Shown here piece after piece: positions 19,480-28,578 of a stretch of 64,000 nt of DNA. Below the pieces are notes generated by a model. It was not told the origin of the DNA and did not search any database. It was given only the letters and a program-made list of their open reading frames with translations. Positions within the stretch are counted from its first letter, which is position 1. The number at the start of each line of letters is the position of its first letter. The position numbers were made by a program, and so were the translations under genes. This DNA comes from Vicinamibacterales bacterium (lineage in GTDB: Bacteria > Acidobacteriota > Vicinamibacteria > Vicinamibacterales > SCN-69-37): assembly GCA_035633215.1 (NCBI GenBank), contig DASQFI010000045.1, positions 153,068-217,067 of the forward strand, read 5' to 3'.

Positions 19480-19940
19480 AGTGGCCGGTGGTGTGCGCCG
19501 CCGCGGTACTCGCGGCCGGGTGTGCCGGGGTGCCCGCCGCATCCCGCAACCTGCTCACGGTCGCGCTCATCAACGCCCCCACCAATCTGGATCCGGCCGT
19601 CGGCCTGGATGAGGCCTCGCAGAAGCTTCATCAACTGCTCTACTGCTCGCTGCTGAAGATCGATCCGTCGCTCCGCGTGGTGCCCGACCTTGCGGTCCGC
19701 TTCGAGACCGCCGATCACCGCTCGTACGTGGCGGAGATCCCTCCCGGCGTCCGGTTCCACGACGGCCGGGAAATGACGTCGGCCGATGTCGCGTTCACGT
19801 TCCGGCGCTTTCTCGATCCGGCCTTCGTGTCGGCGAGGAAAGGCGCCTATCGAGCGCTCGAGGCGGTGGAGGTCGTCGATCGACGCACGGTCGCGTTCCG
19901 GCTGCGCGAGCCGTCCGCGTCCTTCCCGATCAAGAGGTGA
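19476..19940 (+). pseudogene. Truncated family-5 (peptide/nickel) ABC solute-binding lipoprotein
   Basis: GTG start overlapping mutS stop; lipobox LAAGC; LDP...PDLA...GVRFHDG..MTSADVAFTF; stops after about 154 aa, where family members are about 500 aa; no permease or ATPase follows. Confidence 0.8.
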
Positions 19941-19964
19941 CGTCGCGTCTCTTCCTATAATGCT

Positions 19965-21041
19965 TTGATGGCTCGTCGAAAATCGCGCTTCCTGCGCAAG
20001 CCCGTCGAACCGTTCAGCGTGGCGGCCGACCTCTCGGCCGACCAGGTCCTCGCGCGCATGGAGCGCGTGTCGTTCCAGGGGCGGAACCTGGGGATCGCGC
20101 GTCGCATCTGGGAAAAGATGCTCGCGAGCGACGCGACCATCTTCCTCGGCACGGCCGGGGCCCTGTCGGCCGGCGGCATGCGCCTCATCCTCGCCCATCT
20201 CATCGAGCATCGGTACATCGACTGTCTGGTCTCGACAGGTGCCAATCTGTATCACGACCTGCACGAGACGCGAGGCCGGCGTCATTTCATCGGCTCGCCG
20301 CACCTCGACGATGCGGCGCTCGCGGCCGAGCGGATCGATCGTGTGTACGACACGCTCGCGAGCGAAGACGAGTTCAGCAAGAACGACGAGTGGATCGCGG
20401 CCTTCGCCTTGAAGCTCGAACGCCGGCCCTACACGAGCCGTGAGGTCTTGTACAAGCTCGGCGAGCATCTCTGGAACGAAACCGGCAACAACGGCATCCT
20501 GACGGCGGCTTACCGTGCGAAGGTGCCGATCTTCTGCCCGGCGATCGCCGACTCGTCGATCGGCATGGGCTTGTCGCAGGCCCGCCACCGCGATCAGACC
20601 GCCGGGATGGTGGACGTGATCGGCGACATCATCGAGTCGGCCAACGTGGTGATTCGCCGTCCGTCGACGGCGACGATCGTGTTGGGGGGCGGCACCCCCA
20701 AGAACTTCATCAACCAGGCGAGCGTCCAGGCGGAGTTCTACGACGACCGCGTCGGCGGCCACAAGTACGCGATCCAGATCGTGACCGACGTGCCGCACTT
20801 CGGCGGCGCCAGCGGATCGAGCCTCGAAGAGGCGCAGAGCTGGGGCAAGCTCTCGATCGAGTCCGAGAAGGTCACCGTCCAGGCCGACGTCACCATCGCC
20901 CTGCCCATCCTTGTCTCGGCGCTCGAGAGCACCGCGCGCGAGGCGGCCGACAAGCGCAAGCGGCCGGAGTTCGACCCGTCCGGCCGCGTGCTCGCCATGA
21001 ACGGCCAGCCGCTGGCCGACAACCGCTATCAGGAGCCGTGA
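19965..21041 (+). CDS. Deoxyhypusine synthase-like protein (SpeY/homospermidine synthase type)
   Basis: TGANLYHD, FCPAIADSSIG, GGGTPKNF, GGASGSSLEEAQSWGKL (catalytic Lys motif of the DHS family). TATAAT at 19956-19961, 6 nt before ATG 19968. Confidence 0.88.
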   Translation: MMARRKSRFLRKPVEPFSVAADLSADQVLARMERVSFQGRNLGIARRIWEKMLASDATIFLGTAGALSAGGMRLILAHLIEHRYIDCLVSTGANLYHDLHETRGRRHFIGSPHLDDAALAAERIDRVYDTLASEDEFSKNDEWIAAFALKLERRPYTSREVLYKLGEHLWNETGNNGILTAAYRAKVPIFCPAIADSSIGMGLSQARHRDQTAGMVDVIGDIIESANVVIRRPSTATIVLGGGTPKNFINQASVQAEFYDDRVGGHKYAIQIVTDVPHFGGASGSSLEEAQSWGKLSIESEKVTVQADVTIALPILVSALESTAREAADKRKRPEFDPSGRVLAMNGQPLADNRYQEP

Positions 21042-21943
21042 TGCCGCCGCCGATCGACTACGAACGTACCGATCCGTATCAGTTCGGGGGCGTGCTGCCG
21101 TCGCCGCCGACGTTTGACGACGCGGCGGCGGTCATCCTGCCCGTGCCGTTCGATCGCACGACGTCGTACGTGTCCGGCACGAGGCACGGCCCGCGCGAGC
21201 TCCTGCTGGCGTCCGCCCAGGTCGAGTTGTGGGACGAAGAGATCGGCACCGACGTCCACGACCGGGGCCTGTTCACGCTGCCCGAACTCGATCTGTCGTC
21301 GTGCACGCTCGAGGCGGCGATGGCGACGCTGCAGCGCGTCACGGGCGAGATTCTCGACCGCGGCAAGTTTCTCGTCACGCTCGGCGGCGAGCATTCGATC
21401 ACGTCGCCCATCGTCGCGGCTGGCTCGGCCCGGCACAAGGGGCTCAGCGTGCTCCAGATCGACGCGCACGCCGACTTGCGCGATTCCTATCTCTCGCAGA
21501 AGCACTCGCACGCCTGCGCGATGCGACGCACGCTCGACTACGCGCCGATGGTGCAGGTCGGGATCCGCAACATCTCCGAGGAGGAAGTCCGTGCGCTTCC
21601 CTCCCTCGCGACGACGATCTTCTACGACTGGAACATGCGCGACGACCAGAACTGGATCGAGCGCGCCGTCTCCGCATTGTCCGAGACGGTGTACATCACC
21701 ATCGATCTGGATGGCCTCGACCCGGCGACGATGCCGGCGGTCGGCACCCCCGAGCCCGGCGGGTTGTCATGGCGGGAACTGACGGTGCTCCTCAAACGCA
21801 CCTTTGAACGCAAGACCGTCGTCGCCTGCGACGTCGTGGAACTCTGCCCGGTGCCCGGCCTCGTAGCGCCGAATTTCATCGCCGCCAGGCTGGTCTACAA
21901 GCTGTTGAGCTATCGGTTCGGGTTGAAGCGGGCGGCCAAGTAA
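21038..21943 (+). CDS. speB: Agmatinase / ureohydrolase
   Basis: LGGEHSIT, QIDAHADLRD, ITIDLDGLDP..MPAVGTPEPGGL; start overlaps the DHS-like gene stop. Confidence 0.9.
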   Translation: MMPPPIDYERTDPYQFGGVLPSPPTFDDAAAVILPVPFDRTTSYVSGTRHGPRELLLASAQVELWDEEIGTDVHDRGLFTLPELDLSSCTLEAAMATLQRVTGEILDRGKFLVTLGGEHSITSPIVAAGSARHKGLSVLQIDAHADLRDSYLSQKHSHACAMRRTLDYAPMVQVGIRNISEEEVRALPSLATTIFYDWNMRDDQNWIERAVSALSETVYITIDLDGLDPATMPAVGTPEPGGLSWRELTVLLKRTFERKTVVACDVVELCPVPGLVAPNFIAARLVYKLLSYRFGLKRAAK

Positions 21944-21954
21944 CGGGCGGGGAA

Positions 21955-22007
21955 AGACCTCGGGTTTCTTTTCTTGAAAACCAGAGCAGAAAAGAAACCC
22001 GAGGTCT
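21955..22007. terminator. Perfect 20-bp-stem hairpin between convergent genes (bidirectional terminator or REP)
   Basis: AGACCTCGGGTTTCTTTTCT (21955-21974), 13-nt loop, AGAAAAGAAACCCGAGGTCT (21988-22007). Confidence 0.7.
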
Positions 22008-22728
22008 AATTCAGCAGCGCCAGTTGCTGCCGTGCGTCCTGCGAATACGCCGACTCGGGAAACTCGTCGACGACGCGCTTGAACGCGGCACGGGCTTCCT
22101 CTTTCTTGCCCGCTTTGACGCACGTCCGCGCCAGCTCCATCAACACGCCATCGATGGGCAGCGCGCCGTCACGATCGGCGGACAGATCCGTGAGCGCTTT
22201 GATCGCGTCGTCGTACTTGGTCTGGCCAGCGAGGGCTTCGGCGCGGCCCAGCTTGGCCATGGGCACGTAGACCGACGACCCCGTGCGGGCAGCGACGTCG
22301 GCGAACGCCTTTTCGGCTTCGGCGAGTCGTCCGAGGGACAGCAGTGCGCCGGCCGCGTGATACTGCGCCGCGAGTCCGGCGTCGGTGGACGGATACGTCG
22401 CCGCTACTTCCTGGAACGCCTTCAGCGCGGCTTCCTGGCGCGCGCGGTCGGTCGGGTACGTATTGGGGGCCTGGGTCGCACCTGGCACCGTCGGCGCGGG
22501 AACGATCTGACTCTGTGTCACGGCCATCGCGATGCCCAGCATCGCGCCGGCTTTGTCGTTGGTCCGTTTGCGCCAGTAGAGATACCCGCCGCCAATCGCC
22601 AGGACGAGCAGGACGACGACCGAGACCATCATGATCCGATCGCGGTTGGCAGCGAAGGTCTCCACGACGCGCGCCGCCGTCTGCGCGACCTCGTTCTGCT
22701 TCAGGTGATGCCGTTCTTGCGCTTTCAT
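22006..22728 (-). CDS. Membrane-anchored TPR protein (YfgM-like)
   Basis: MKAQERHHLKQNE start, single TM helix, TPR-like helices ending RVVDEFPESAY. Confidence 0.8.
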   Translation of the reverse strand: MKAQERHHLKQNEVAQTAARVVETFAANRDRIMMVSVVVLLVLAIGGGYLYWRKRTNDKAGAMLGIAMAVTQSQIVPAPTVPGATQAPNTYPTDRARQEAALKAFQEVAATYPSTDAGLAAQYHAAGALLSLGRLAEAEKAFADVAARTGSSVYVPMAKLGRAEALAGQTKYDDAIKALTDLSADRDGALPIDGVLMELARTCVKAGKKEEARAAFKRVVDEFPESAYSQDARQQLALLN

Positions 22729-22766
22729 CGTCGTCCTCGTTTCACCCTCGCCGACCACATGCACTT

Positions 22767-22843
22767 TGGCGCGCCCGGGCCGATTCGAACGGCCGGCCCC
22801 CGCCTTAGGAGGGCGGTGCTCTATCCATCTGAGCTACGGGCGC
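22767..22843 (-). tRNA. tRNA-Arg (anticodon CCT)
   Basis: GCGCCCGTAGCTCAGATGGATAGAGCA-CCGCC-CT[CCT]AA-GGCGG-GGGCCGGCCGTTCGAATCGGCC-CGGGCGC-G-CCA; full cloverleaf with encoded CCA. Confidence 0.95.
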
Positions 22844-22850
22844 GTGAACG

Positions 22851-22944
22851 AAACTTCGAACTGAGAACTTCGAACGTCGAACTGAAGATCGAACGTCATT
22901 CGGTCTGAGGCCTGGGCCGTTCCGAACTCCGAAGTTCGAAGTTC
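22851..22944. repeat. Intergenic heptamer repeat (GAAC/GAAG-type) with inverted copies
   Basis: AAACTTC GAACTGA GAACTTC GAACGTC GAACTGA...GAACGTC followed by inverted GAAGTTC GAAGTTC (22931-22944). Confidence 0.7.
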
Positions 22945-22945
22945 T

Positions 22946-23482
22946 TTAGTACTCGAGAACTGCCCCGACGTTTTCCCCCGTCAGCTTCTCGCGGCCCTTC
23001 AGCGCGACCAGCTCGATCAGAAACTGCACGCCGACGACCTCCGCACCGAGCCCACGCACCAAGCCGACCGTCGCCGATGCCGTTCCGCCGGTCGCGAGGA
23101 GATCATCCACCACGAGCACGCGCTGGCCCGTCGCGGCCGCGTCCTCGTGGATTTCCAGCGAGTCGGTACCGTATTCGAGCGCGTACGAGGCGCGACGCGT
23201 GCGCGACGGCAGCTTGCCCAGTTTCCGCACCGGCGCGAAGCCGGCCTTGAGCCGGTCCGCGATCGCCGATCCGAAAATGAAGCCGCGGCTCTCGATCCCG
23301 ACGACGACGTCGACGCGCGAGGCGCGATACGGATCGGTCATGGCCGCGACCGCGAGCTGGAATCCCTCCCGGTCCTTCAAGAGCGTCGTGACGTCGTAGA
23401 ACAGAATGCCCGGCTTGGGGAAATCCGGCACGTGCCGGATTCGCTCCTTCAACGACTGCATGACGGCCTCGTCCATCCTCAT
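22946..23482 (-). CDS. apt: Adenine phosphoribosyltransferase
   Basis: IRHVPDFPKPGILFYDVTTLL, ESRGFIFG, VRKLGKLP, VVDDLLATGGT. Confidence 0.95.
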   Translation of the reverse strand: MRMDEAVMQSLKERIRHVPDFPKPGILFYDVTTLLKDREGFQLAVAAMTDPYRASRVDVVVGIESRGFIFGSAIADRLKAGFAPVRKLGKLPSRTRRASYALEYGTDSLEIHEDAAATGQRVLVVDDLLATGGTASATVGLVRGLGAEVVGVQFLIELVALKGREKLTGENVGAVLEY

Positions 23483-23751
23483 CGCACGCTGAATCCGTCG
23501 AACCGGCCAGTCGGCACGTCATCCAGCATGTCGACCTGCTCGACGCGGGCCGCCGGCGGACCGCGGCGGATCTTGCGTTCCATTCTCGTGACGGCCTCGC
23601 GATCGCCTTCGACGAACGCTTCCACGCTGCCGTCGGGGAGATTCCTCACCCACCCCTGCACGCCTTCGAGCCTGGCCGCCTCGAAGACGTGGAACCGGAA
23701 GCCCACACCCTGAACGCGCCCGCTCACGACGAAGCGGCGAGCGATGAGCAT
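23479..23751 (-). CDS. acyP: Acylphosphatase
   Basis: VSGRVQGVGFR, GWVRNLPDGSVE, RGPPAARV; ATG 23751 lies 6 nt downstream of TATACT. Confidence 0.93.
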   Translation of the reverse strand: MLIARRFVVSGRVQGVGFRFHVFEAARLEGVQGWVRNLPDGSVEAFVEGDREAVTRMERKIRRGPPAARVEQVDMLDDVPTGRFDGFSVR

Positions 23752-23810
23752 CTCAACAGTATAGCGAGGGGCTCTCTGATGCTCAGAACTCGGAACCCCG
23801 GGCACCAGTC

Positions 23811-26800
23811 TCACTTAACGACGATAGGGGTCATCCCCGCTTTCGTGAGCGCCGCATTGAACGTCTCGACATCGGTCTTCAACGCCGTGCGTGCGGCCAG
23901 CAGGATCTTGTCGGCGACCGTCTTCAGATCCTTGACGCGTTCGCTGATGGGCGTGCCCATCCGTCGTTCGGCGTTCGCGATGTTGGCGTAGAGGACGACG
24001 AGCTGATTGTCGAGCCGCCCAGGGAAGTTCAGAGCGTCCTGGCCCCCCTCACCCTGGATCTGCGTCATCGCGCTTTCAACCGCGGTCAGACGATCCGTCA
24101 GCGTTTTCGCCGCCGCCGTCACGGGCGAGCCAGCGCCGGTCTTGCCAGAAATCTCCGTCACGAGCCGCTTGACTTCGCGGATCTTCAACAGGTTCGTGTA
24201 CAGCTCGTTGATCTGCCCGCCGACTTCGCGCGCGAGGCGCAGCTGCTCGGCGCCCTCGGCGTCCGTCATGTTCGGCAAAAGGCGCGGATCGGTCTTCAGC
24301 CGGAACGTCTGGGTTTCTGACCAGGTGCCGGAGCTCACCTTCACGGTGTAAACGCCCGGCGGCATCTTCGGTCCCACGCCTCCGCCGCCGCCCCACATCA
24401 CGATGCCCGGAGGCTGCGTGTACATCGTCGGGAAGCGCATGTTCGTCCACACGGCGCGGTTCATCCCTTGAACGGCGCTCGCGACGCCCGCAGGGCCGGC
24501 AGGGCCACCGCCCCGACCCTGGACTCCGCCGCCTTCCCCGCCGCCCTCACCGGCGCCGCGCCCGCCACCACGGCCTCCGCCGCCGCCCCCGGCTCCGCCG
24601 CCGCCCCCGCCTCGGGCTGGCGTGGCTGCCGCTGGCTCACCGCCGCCTCTGCCCGCGGCACTTGGAGTACCCATCACGGTTCCGGGATCAGGAATAGGCG
24701 CCGTTCCCGGCTGCGCGGTCCACGTCGCGACCGACGTGCCTTTTGCGTCGAGGATCTCGACCGTCACGGGCGCCGCCGGCGCCTCGCGGAACCAGTAGTA
24801 GAACGACGGCGCGGGCACGGCGCCGGCCGCCGCCCCAACGCGATAGCCGTCCTCCGGCTTGAAGAGAATCGCGGCCGGTGGGGTCGTGCCCGGCTTGACG
24901 GTGCGCAGCGGCGCCAGGTTGCTGAGAATCCAGAATCCCCGTCCCTGCGTCGTGACGATCAGATCGTCGCGATACACCATGAGATCCGACACCGGCGCGA
25001 TCGGCAGGTTGAGCTGCAGCGGCTGCCAGTGCGCGCCGTCGTCGAACGACACATAGAGCCCGAACTCGGAGCCCGCGTACAGCAGACCGCGGCGTACCGG
25101 ATCTTCGCGAACCACGCGCGTGAAATGCCAGTTAGGAATCCCATTTTTGCCGTCCGCGATCCGGCGCCACGTCTTGCCGTAGTCGTTGGTCTGATAGATG
25201 TACGGCGTGAAGTCGCCCTGCCGGTAGCGGTACATCGCGACGGTCGCACGCCCAGGGTCGTGGACCGACGGATCGATCGAGTTGATGCAGCCCTCCGGCC
25301 ATTCTTTGGGCGATGCGGGTGTCCACGTCTTGCCGTTGTCGCGCGAGACGTGGATCAGCCCGTCGTCGCTGCCGGACCACAGGAGCCCGGGCGTCGTGGT
25401 CGACTCCTCGAAGGCGAAGATCGTGCTGTACACCTCGACTCCGGTGTTGTCGCGCGTAATGCCCTCGCCGCCCGAGTACTCCTGCCGTTTCTTGTCGTTG
25501 CGCGTCAGGTCGCCGCTCACGACCGTCCAATCGAGCCCGCCGTTGGTCGTCCGATGGACGTACTGCGACGTCGTGTACACGACGTCCGGATTGTGCGGAG
25601 AGATCTTGATCGGCGCGTTCCATTGCTGCCGGTATTTCATGTCCGCCGCGCGCTGTCCGGTCTGGCTGTCGGCGTACACCCGCACGTTTTCGCTGACGCC
25701 GAACCTGCGGTCCGTGCGGCTCATGGTGCCGCCGTAGTTGCCGGCGTAGATGATGTTGAAATCACGCGGATCGACCGCGATGTGCCCGCTCTCGCCGCCG
25801 CCCACGGCATACGTTTCGCCCTGATTGGAGCTCGGGACGGCGATCGTCGAGTTGTCCTGCTGGGCGCCGTACACCCAGTACGGCCAGCGCGTGTCCACGG
25901 TCAGCCGGTAGATCTCGGACGTGATCTGATTGTTCTGCGGCGTCCACGCTTTGGCATCGAGGCTGACGGTCGCGCCGCCGTCGTTGCCGTTGATCATGGC
26001 CTTGTTGTTGGTCGGGTTGATCCAGAGGTCGTGATAGTCGCCGTGCGTGACGATGCCGGCGTTCTGAAAGGTCTTGCCGCCGTCGGTGGACTTCAACGCC
26101 CCGACGTTCAGCCCGTACACCGTGTCGACGTCCACTGGATCAGCGTGAATGTGCGTGTAGTACCACGCGCGCTGCTGGAGCGCGCGGCCGGTGAAGCCGC
26201 GCGTCCACGTCGTGCCGCCGTCATCCGAGCGGTACACGCCGCCCTGATCGAATTCGGCTTCGACCTGCGCGTACACGCGCTTGGAGTCCGCTCCGGAAAT
26301 CGAGACCCCGATGCGGCCCATCCGGCCCTTCGGCAGACCGTTGGTCAGGCGCTGCCAGGTGTTGCCGCCATCGGTCGTGCGGTACATCCCGCTCTCGGGA
26401 CCGCCGGAGTTGATCGTCCACGGCTTCCGTTCCGTGGTCCACATGGCGGCGATCATCGTGTTCGGGTTCTTCGCATCCATCGTCAGGTCGACGGCGCCCG
26501 TGCGATCGCTCAGGAAGTGCACGTTCTGCCAGGTCTTGCCGCCATCGCTCGAGCGATAGACGCCGCGCTCCTTGTTGGGCGCGAAGAGATTGCCAAGGGC
26601 GGCGACGTAGACGAGATCCGGGTTCGTCGGATGGATGCGGATGCGTCCAATCGTGCCGGCCTCGCGGAGCCCGATGTGCGTCCATGTTTTGCCGGCGTCA
26701 GTGGACTTGTACATGCCGATGCCGGGCGACACGTTGCCGCGCGGACAGGCCGAGCCCGTGCCGACGTAGATCACGTTCGGATTGGCATCGGAGACTTCGA

Positions 26801-27152
26801 TCGCGCCAATCGACGCGGCCTCAAAGAATCCGTCGGAGATGTTGGACCAGGTCGCGCCGGCATCCGTCGTGCGCCACACGCCGCCGCCCGTGCTGCCCAT
26901 GTAATAGAGTTGCGTGTTCGATCGCACTCCGCCGACCGCGGTGACGCGTCCGCCGCGGCTGAACACGGACAGGTTCCGAAACTGGATCCCGCTCAGGAGC
27001 GACGGATCGACCGTGACGTTCGGGTTCTGGGTCTGGGCCGCGGCTTGTGTGATCGGCGGACGATCCGCCAGCACGGGAGGGGCGAGCATCAGGCCGCCAA
27101 CCGCGAGCGCCAGGGTGCTGACTTTGGCCGAGCGCTTCCAACTTGTCGTCAT
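23811..27152 (-). CDS. Secreted VPS10/BNR (Asp-box) beta-propeller protein
   Basis: Signal peptide; repeated S/TxDxGxTW Asp-boxes; Gly-rich linker; C-terminal helical segment; SD GGAGG. Confidence 0.85.
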   Translation of the reverse strand: MTTSWKRSAKVSTLALAVGGLMLAPPVLADRPPITQAAAQTQNPNVTVDPSLLSGIQFRNLSVFSRGGRVTAVGGVRSNTQLYYMGSTGGGVWRTTDAGATWSNISDGFFEAASIGAIEVSDANPNVIYVGTGSACPRGNVSPGIGMYKSTDAGKTWTHIGLREAGTIGRIRIHPTNPDLVYVAALGNLFAPNKERGVYRSSDGGKTWQNVHFLSDRTGAVDLTMDAKNPNTMIAAMWTTERKPWTINSGGPESGMYRTTDGGNTWQRLTNGLPKGRMGRIGVSISGADSKRVYAQVEAEFDQGGVYRSDDGGTTWTRGFTGRALQQRAWYYTHIHADPVDVDTVYGLNVGALKSTDGGKTFQNAGIVTHGDYHDLWINPTNNKAMINGNDGGATVSLDAKAWTPQNNQITSEIYRLTVDTRWPYWVYGAQQDNSTIAVPSSNQGETYAVGGGESGHIAVDPRDFNIIYAGNYGGTMSRTDRRFGVSENVRVYADSQTGQRAADMKYRQQWNAPIKISPHNPDVVYTTSQYVHRTTNGGLDWTVVSGDLTRNDKKRQEYSGGEGITRDNTGVEVYSTIFAFEESTTTPGLLWSGSDDGLIHVSRDNGKTWTPASPKEWPEGCINSIDPSVHDPGRATVAMYRYRQGDFTPYIYQTNDYGKTWRRIADGKNGIPNWHFTRVVREDPVRRGLLYAGSEFGLYVSFDDGAHWQPLQLNLPIAPVSDLMVYRDDLIVTTQGRGFWILSNLAPLRTVKPGTTPPAAILFKPEDGYRVGAAAGAVPAPSFYYWFREAPAAPVTVEILDAKGTSVATWTAQPGTAPIPDPGTVMGTPSAAGRGGGEPAAATPARGGGGGGAGGGGGGRGGGRGAGEGGGEGGGVQGRGGGPAGPAGVASAVQGMNRAVWTNMRFPTMYTQPPGIVMWGGGGGVGPKMPPGVYTVKVSSGTWSETQTFRLKTDPRLLPNMTDAEGAEQLRLAREVGGQINELYTNLLKIREVKRLVTEISGKTGAGSPVTAAAKTLTDRLTAVESAMTQIQGEGGQDALNFPGRLDNQLVVLYANIANAERRMGTPISERVKDLKTVADKILLAARTALKTDVETFNAALTKAGMTPIVVK

Positions 27153-27248
27153 GTTTTCCTCCAGGCGAGAGATAAAGCCTGTTCGCCCGACCGAAGGAGA
27201 GTAGCTGAGCGTTGAGGTCCTGGTCTACTCTTTGCTCTGAACCCGGTA

Positions 27249-28472
27249 ATGCATGTTTTCCTTGCGGCACTGGCGGCAGCGTCGATCAGCGCGCAGACGG
27301 CGCAGACCACGCCGCAGCCCCCGCAGCAGCCCGCGACCACGGTCGTGGGCGCCGAAGGACGGCTCGTCAGCCTGATCTTCCTGCGCGCCGACGCGGAAAA
27401 CGTCACCCGCCGCGTGTATGACGCGCTCCTCGACCGCCAGCCGAACGAGCAGGAATTTGCGGACTCGGTCGCCGAGCTGCAGCGTGGGCGCCTGCCGCAG
27501 CAGCTGTCCACGATCGTCCAGAACGCCGAGTTCACCGATCGCGCCGCGACGTTGTCGGCCGCCCAGATGCTCGATCAGGTGTTTGAAGGAATGCTGAATC
27601 GCCGGCCAACCCCGGCGGAAGCCAAGGCGTATTTGCCGCAGATTCAGGCGCGGCAGTACTCCCCGGCGCTGCTGAAGCTGGTCACCTCGGAGAGTTTCAG
27701 AAAGCAGGTGGCCCAGGATCGCGCGGCCGCACCTGAACGGCCACCGGCCAGTCCGGCGTCTGCCGCGGGTAGGCCGACTTCCGCGGCGCCTCCGTCGATG
27801 CCGTCACCGGCGCCAGCGACCTCGGCGCCGCCGGCGACGACGGTCCCGATGCCGCCGGCCGCATCGCCGGTAACGCCGTCACCGTCGTCACTGCCCGCAG
27901 CGAGACCGCCGCTGCGGCCGGCGCCGTTCCCGACGGCACGGGCCGCAACGGTCAGCACGCCGCTCGTCGCGCCGCCGGCGTTGTCGGCCGAGTGGACTCG
28001 CATCCTCGCCTGTCAGGATCAGGTCGTCAGCCAGTTCCGGACCGAGCCGCCGCGAAAGGTGCTGATACGCTTTGCCGCCGCCGAAATCAGCGCGTCGAGC
28101 GTGCGCGGCACGGCCGTCGACGCGTTCGAGACCAACCGCCGCTTGAGCTACCAGTGCACCGGCGGACGAGCCACCGCCGGATATCTCGATTCGCGGCCCC
28201 AGCGGACCGCTCGCCCCGACGCGGACTTTTCTCTGGAGGAAGTCGAAGTCCGGGCGTGCCATGCGGCCGTGACCGTGGCGCTGACGGCCGACCGCCGCGA
28301 CGCTGACGCGACCTTCGAGACCGCGGGCGTGATGCCCACCGACGCCAGCCTGTTCATTCGCGGCGCCGGCGCGGATCGCGCGAGACCCGGGCAACCGCAG
28401 GCGTTCACCTACCAATGCCAATGGGACGGCAACAGCATCCTCGGGGCCACCTTTACGTTCGTGTCGCGGTGA
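27249..28472 (+). CDS. Exported hypothetical protein (DUF4214/PBS-linker-like repeat, Pro-rich linker, two small Cys-paired domains)
   Basis: Signal peptide; YDALLDRQP...FEGMLNRRP duplicated motif; two ACxxxV...YQC units. Confidence 0.55.
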   Translation: MHVFLAALAAASISAQTAQTTPQPPQQPATTVVGAEGRLVSLIFLRADAENVTRRVYDALLDRQPNEQEFADSVAELQRGRLPQQLSTIVQNAEFTDRAATLSAAQMLDQVFEGMLNRRPTPAEAKAYLPQIQARQYSPALLKLVTSESFRKQVAQDRAAAPERPPASPASAAGRPTSAAPPSMPSPAPATSAPPATTVPMPPAASPVTPSPSSLPAARPPLRPAPFPTARAATVSTPLVAPPALSAEWTRILACQDQVVSQFRTEPPRKVLIRFAAAEISASSVRGTAVDAFETNRRLSYQCTGGRATAGYLDSRPQRTARPDADFSLEEVEVRACHAAVTVALTADRRDADATFETAGVMPTDASLFIRGAGADRARPGQPQAFTYQCQWDGNSILGATFTFVSR

Positions 28473-28490
28473 CGACGGTTTTTTGACCTC

Positions 28491-28517
28491 TGTCGATCCC
28501 GCGCCCCCTCATTCGAC
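28491..28517 (+). promoter_or_regulatory. Putative ECF42-type promoter
   Basis: TGTCGA (28491-28496)-N17-CGAC (28514-28517) upstream of the DGPF gene; matches the established ECF42 consensus. Confidence 0.6.
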
Positions 28518-28578
28518 GTGTCAGTAGAGCGGGATTGAGGGGGTTGATACCGCCCGGTCCCGAAAAGGAGATCCGACC

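Noticed and set aside
22767-22843. tRNA-Arg as an island integration site
   Set aside because: Flanked by core genes; I found no duplicated 3' fragment or integrase nearby.
22851-22944. Possible CRISPR array
   Set aside because: 7-bp units with no unique spacers and no cas genes; no repeat-spacer structure anywhere in the window.
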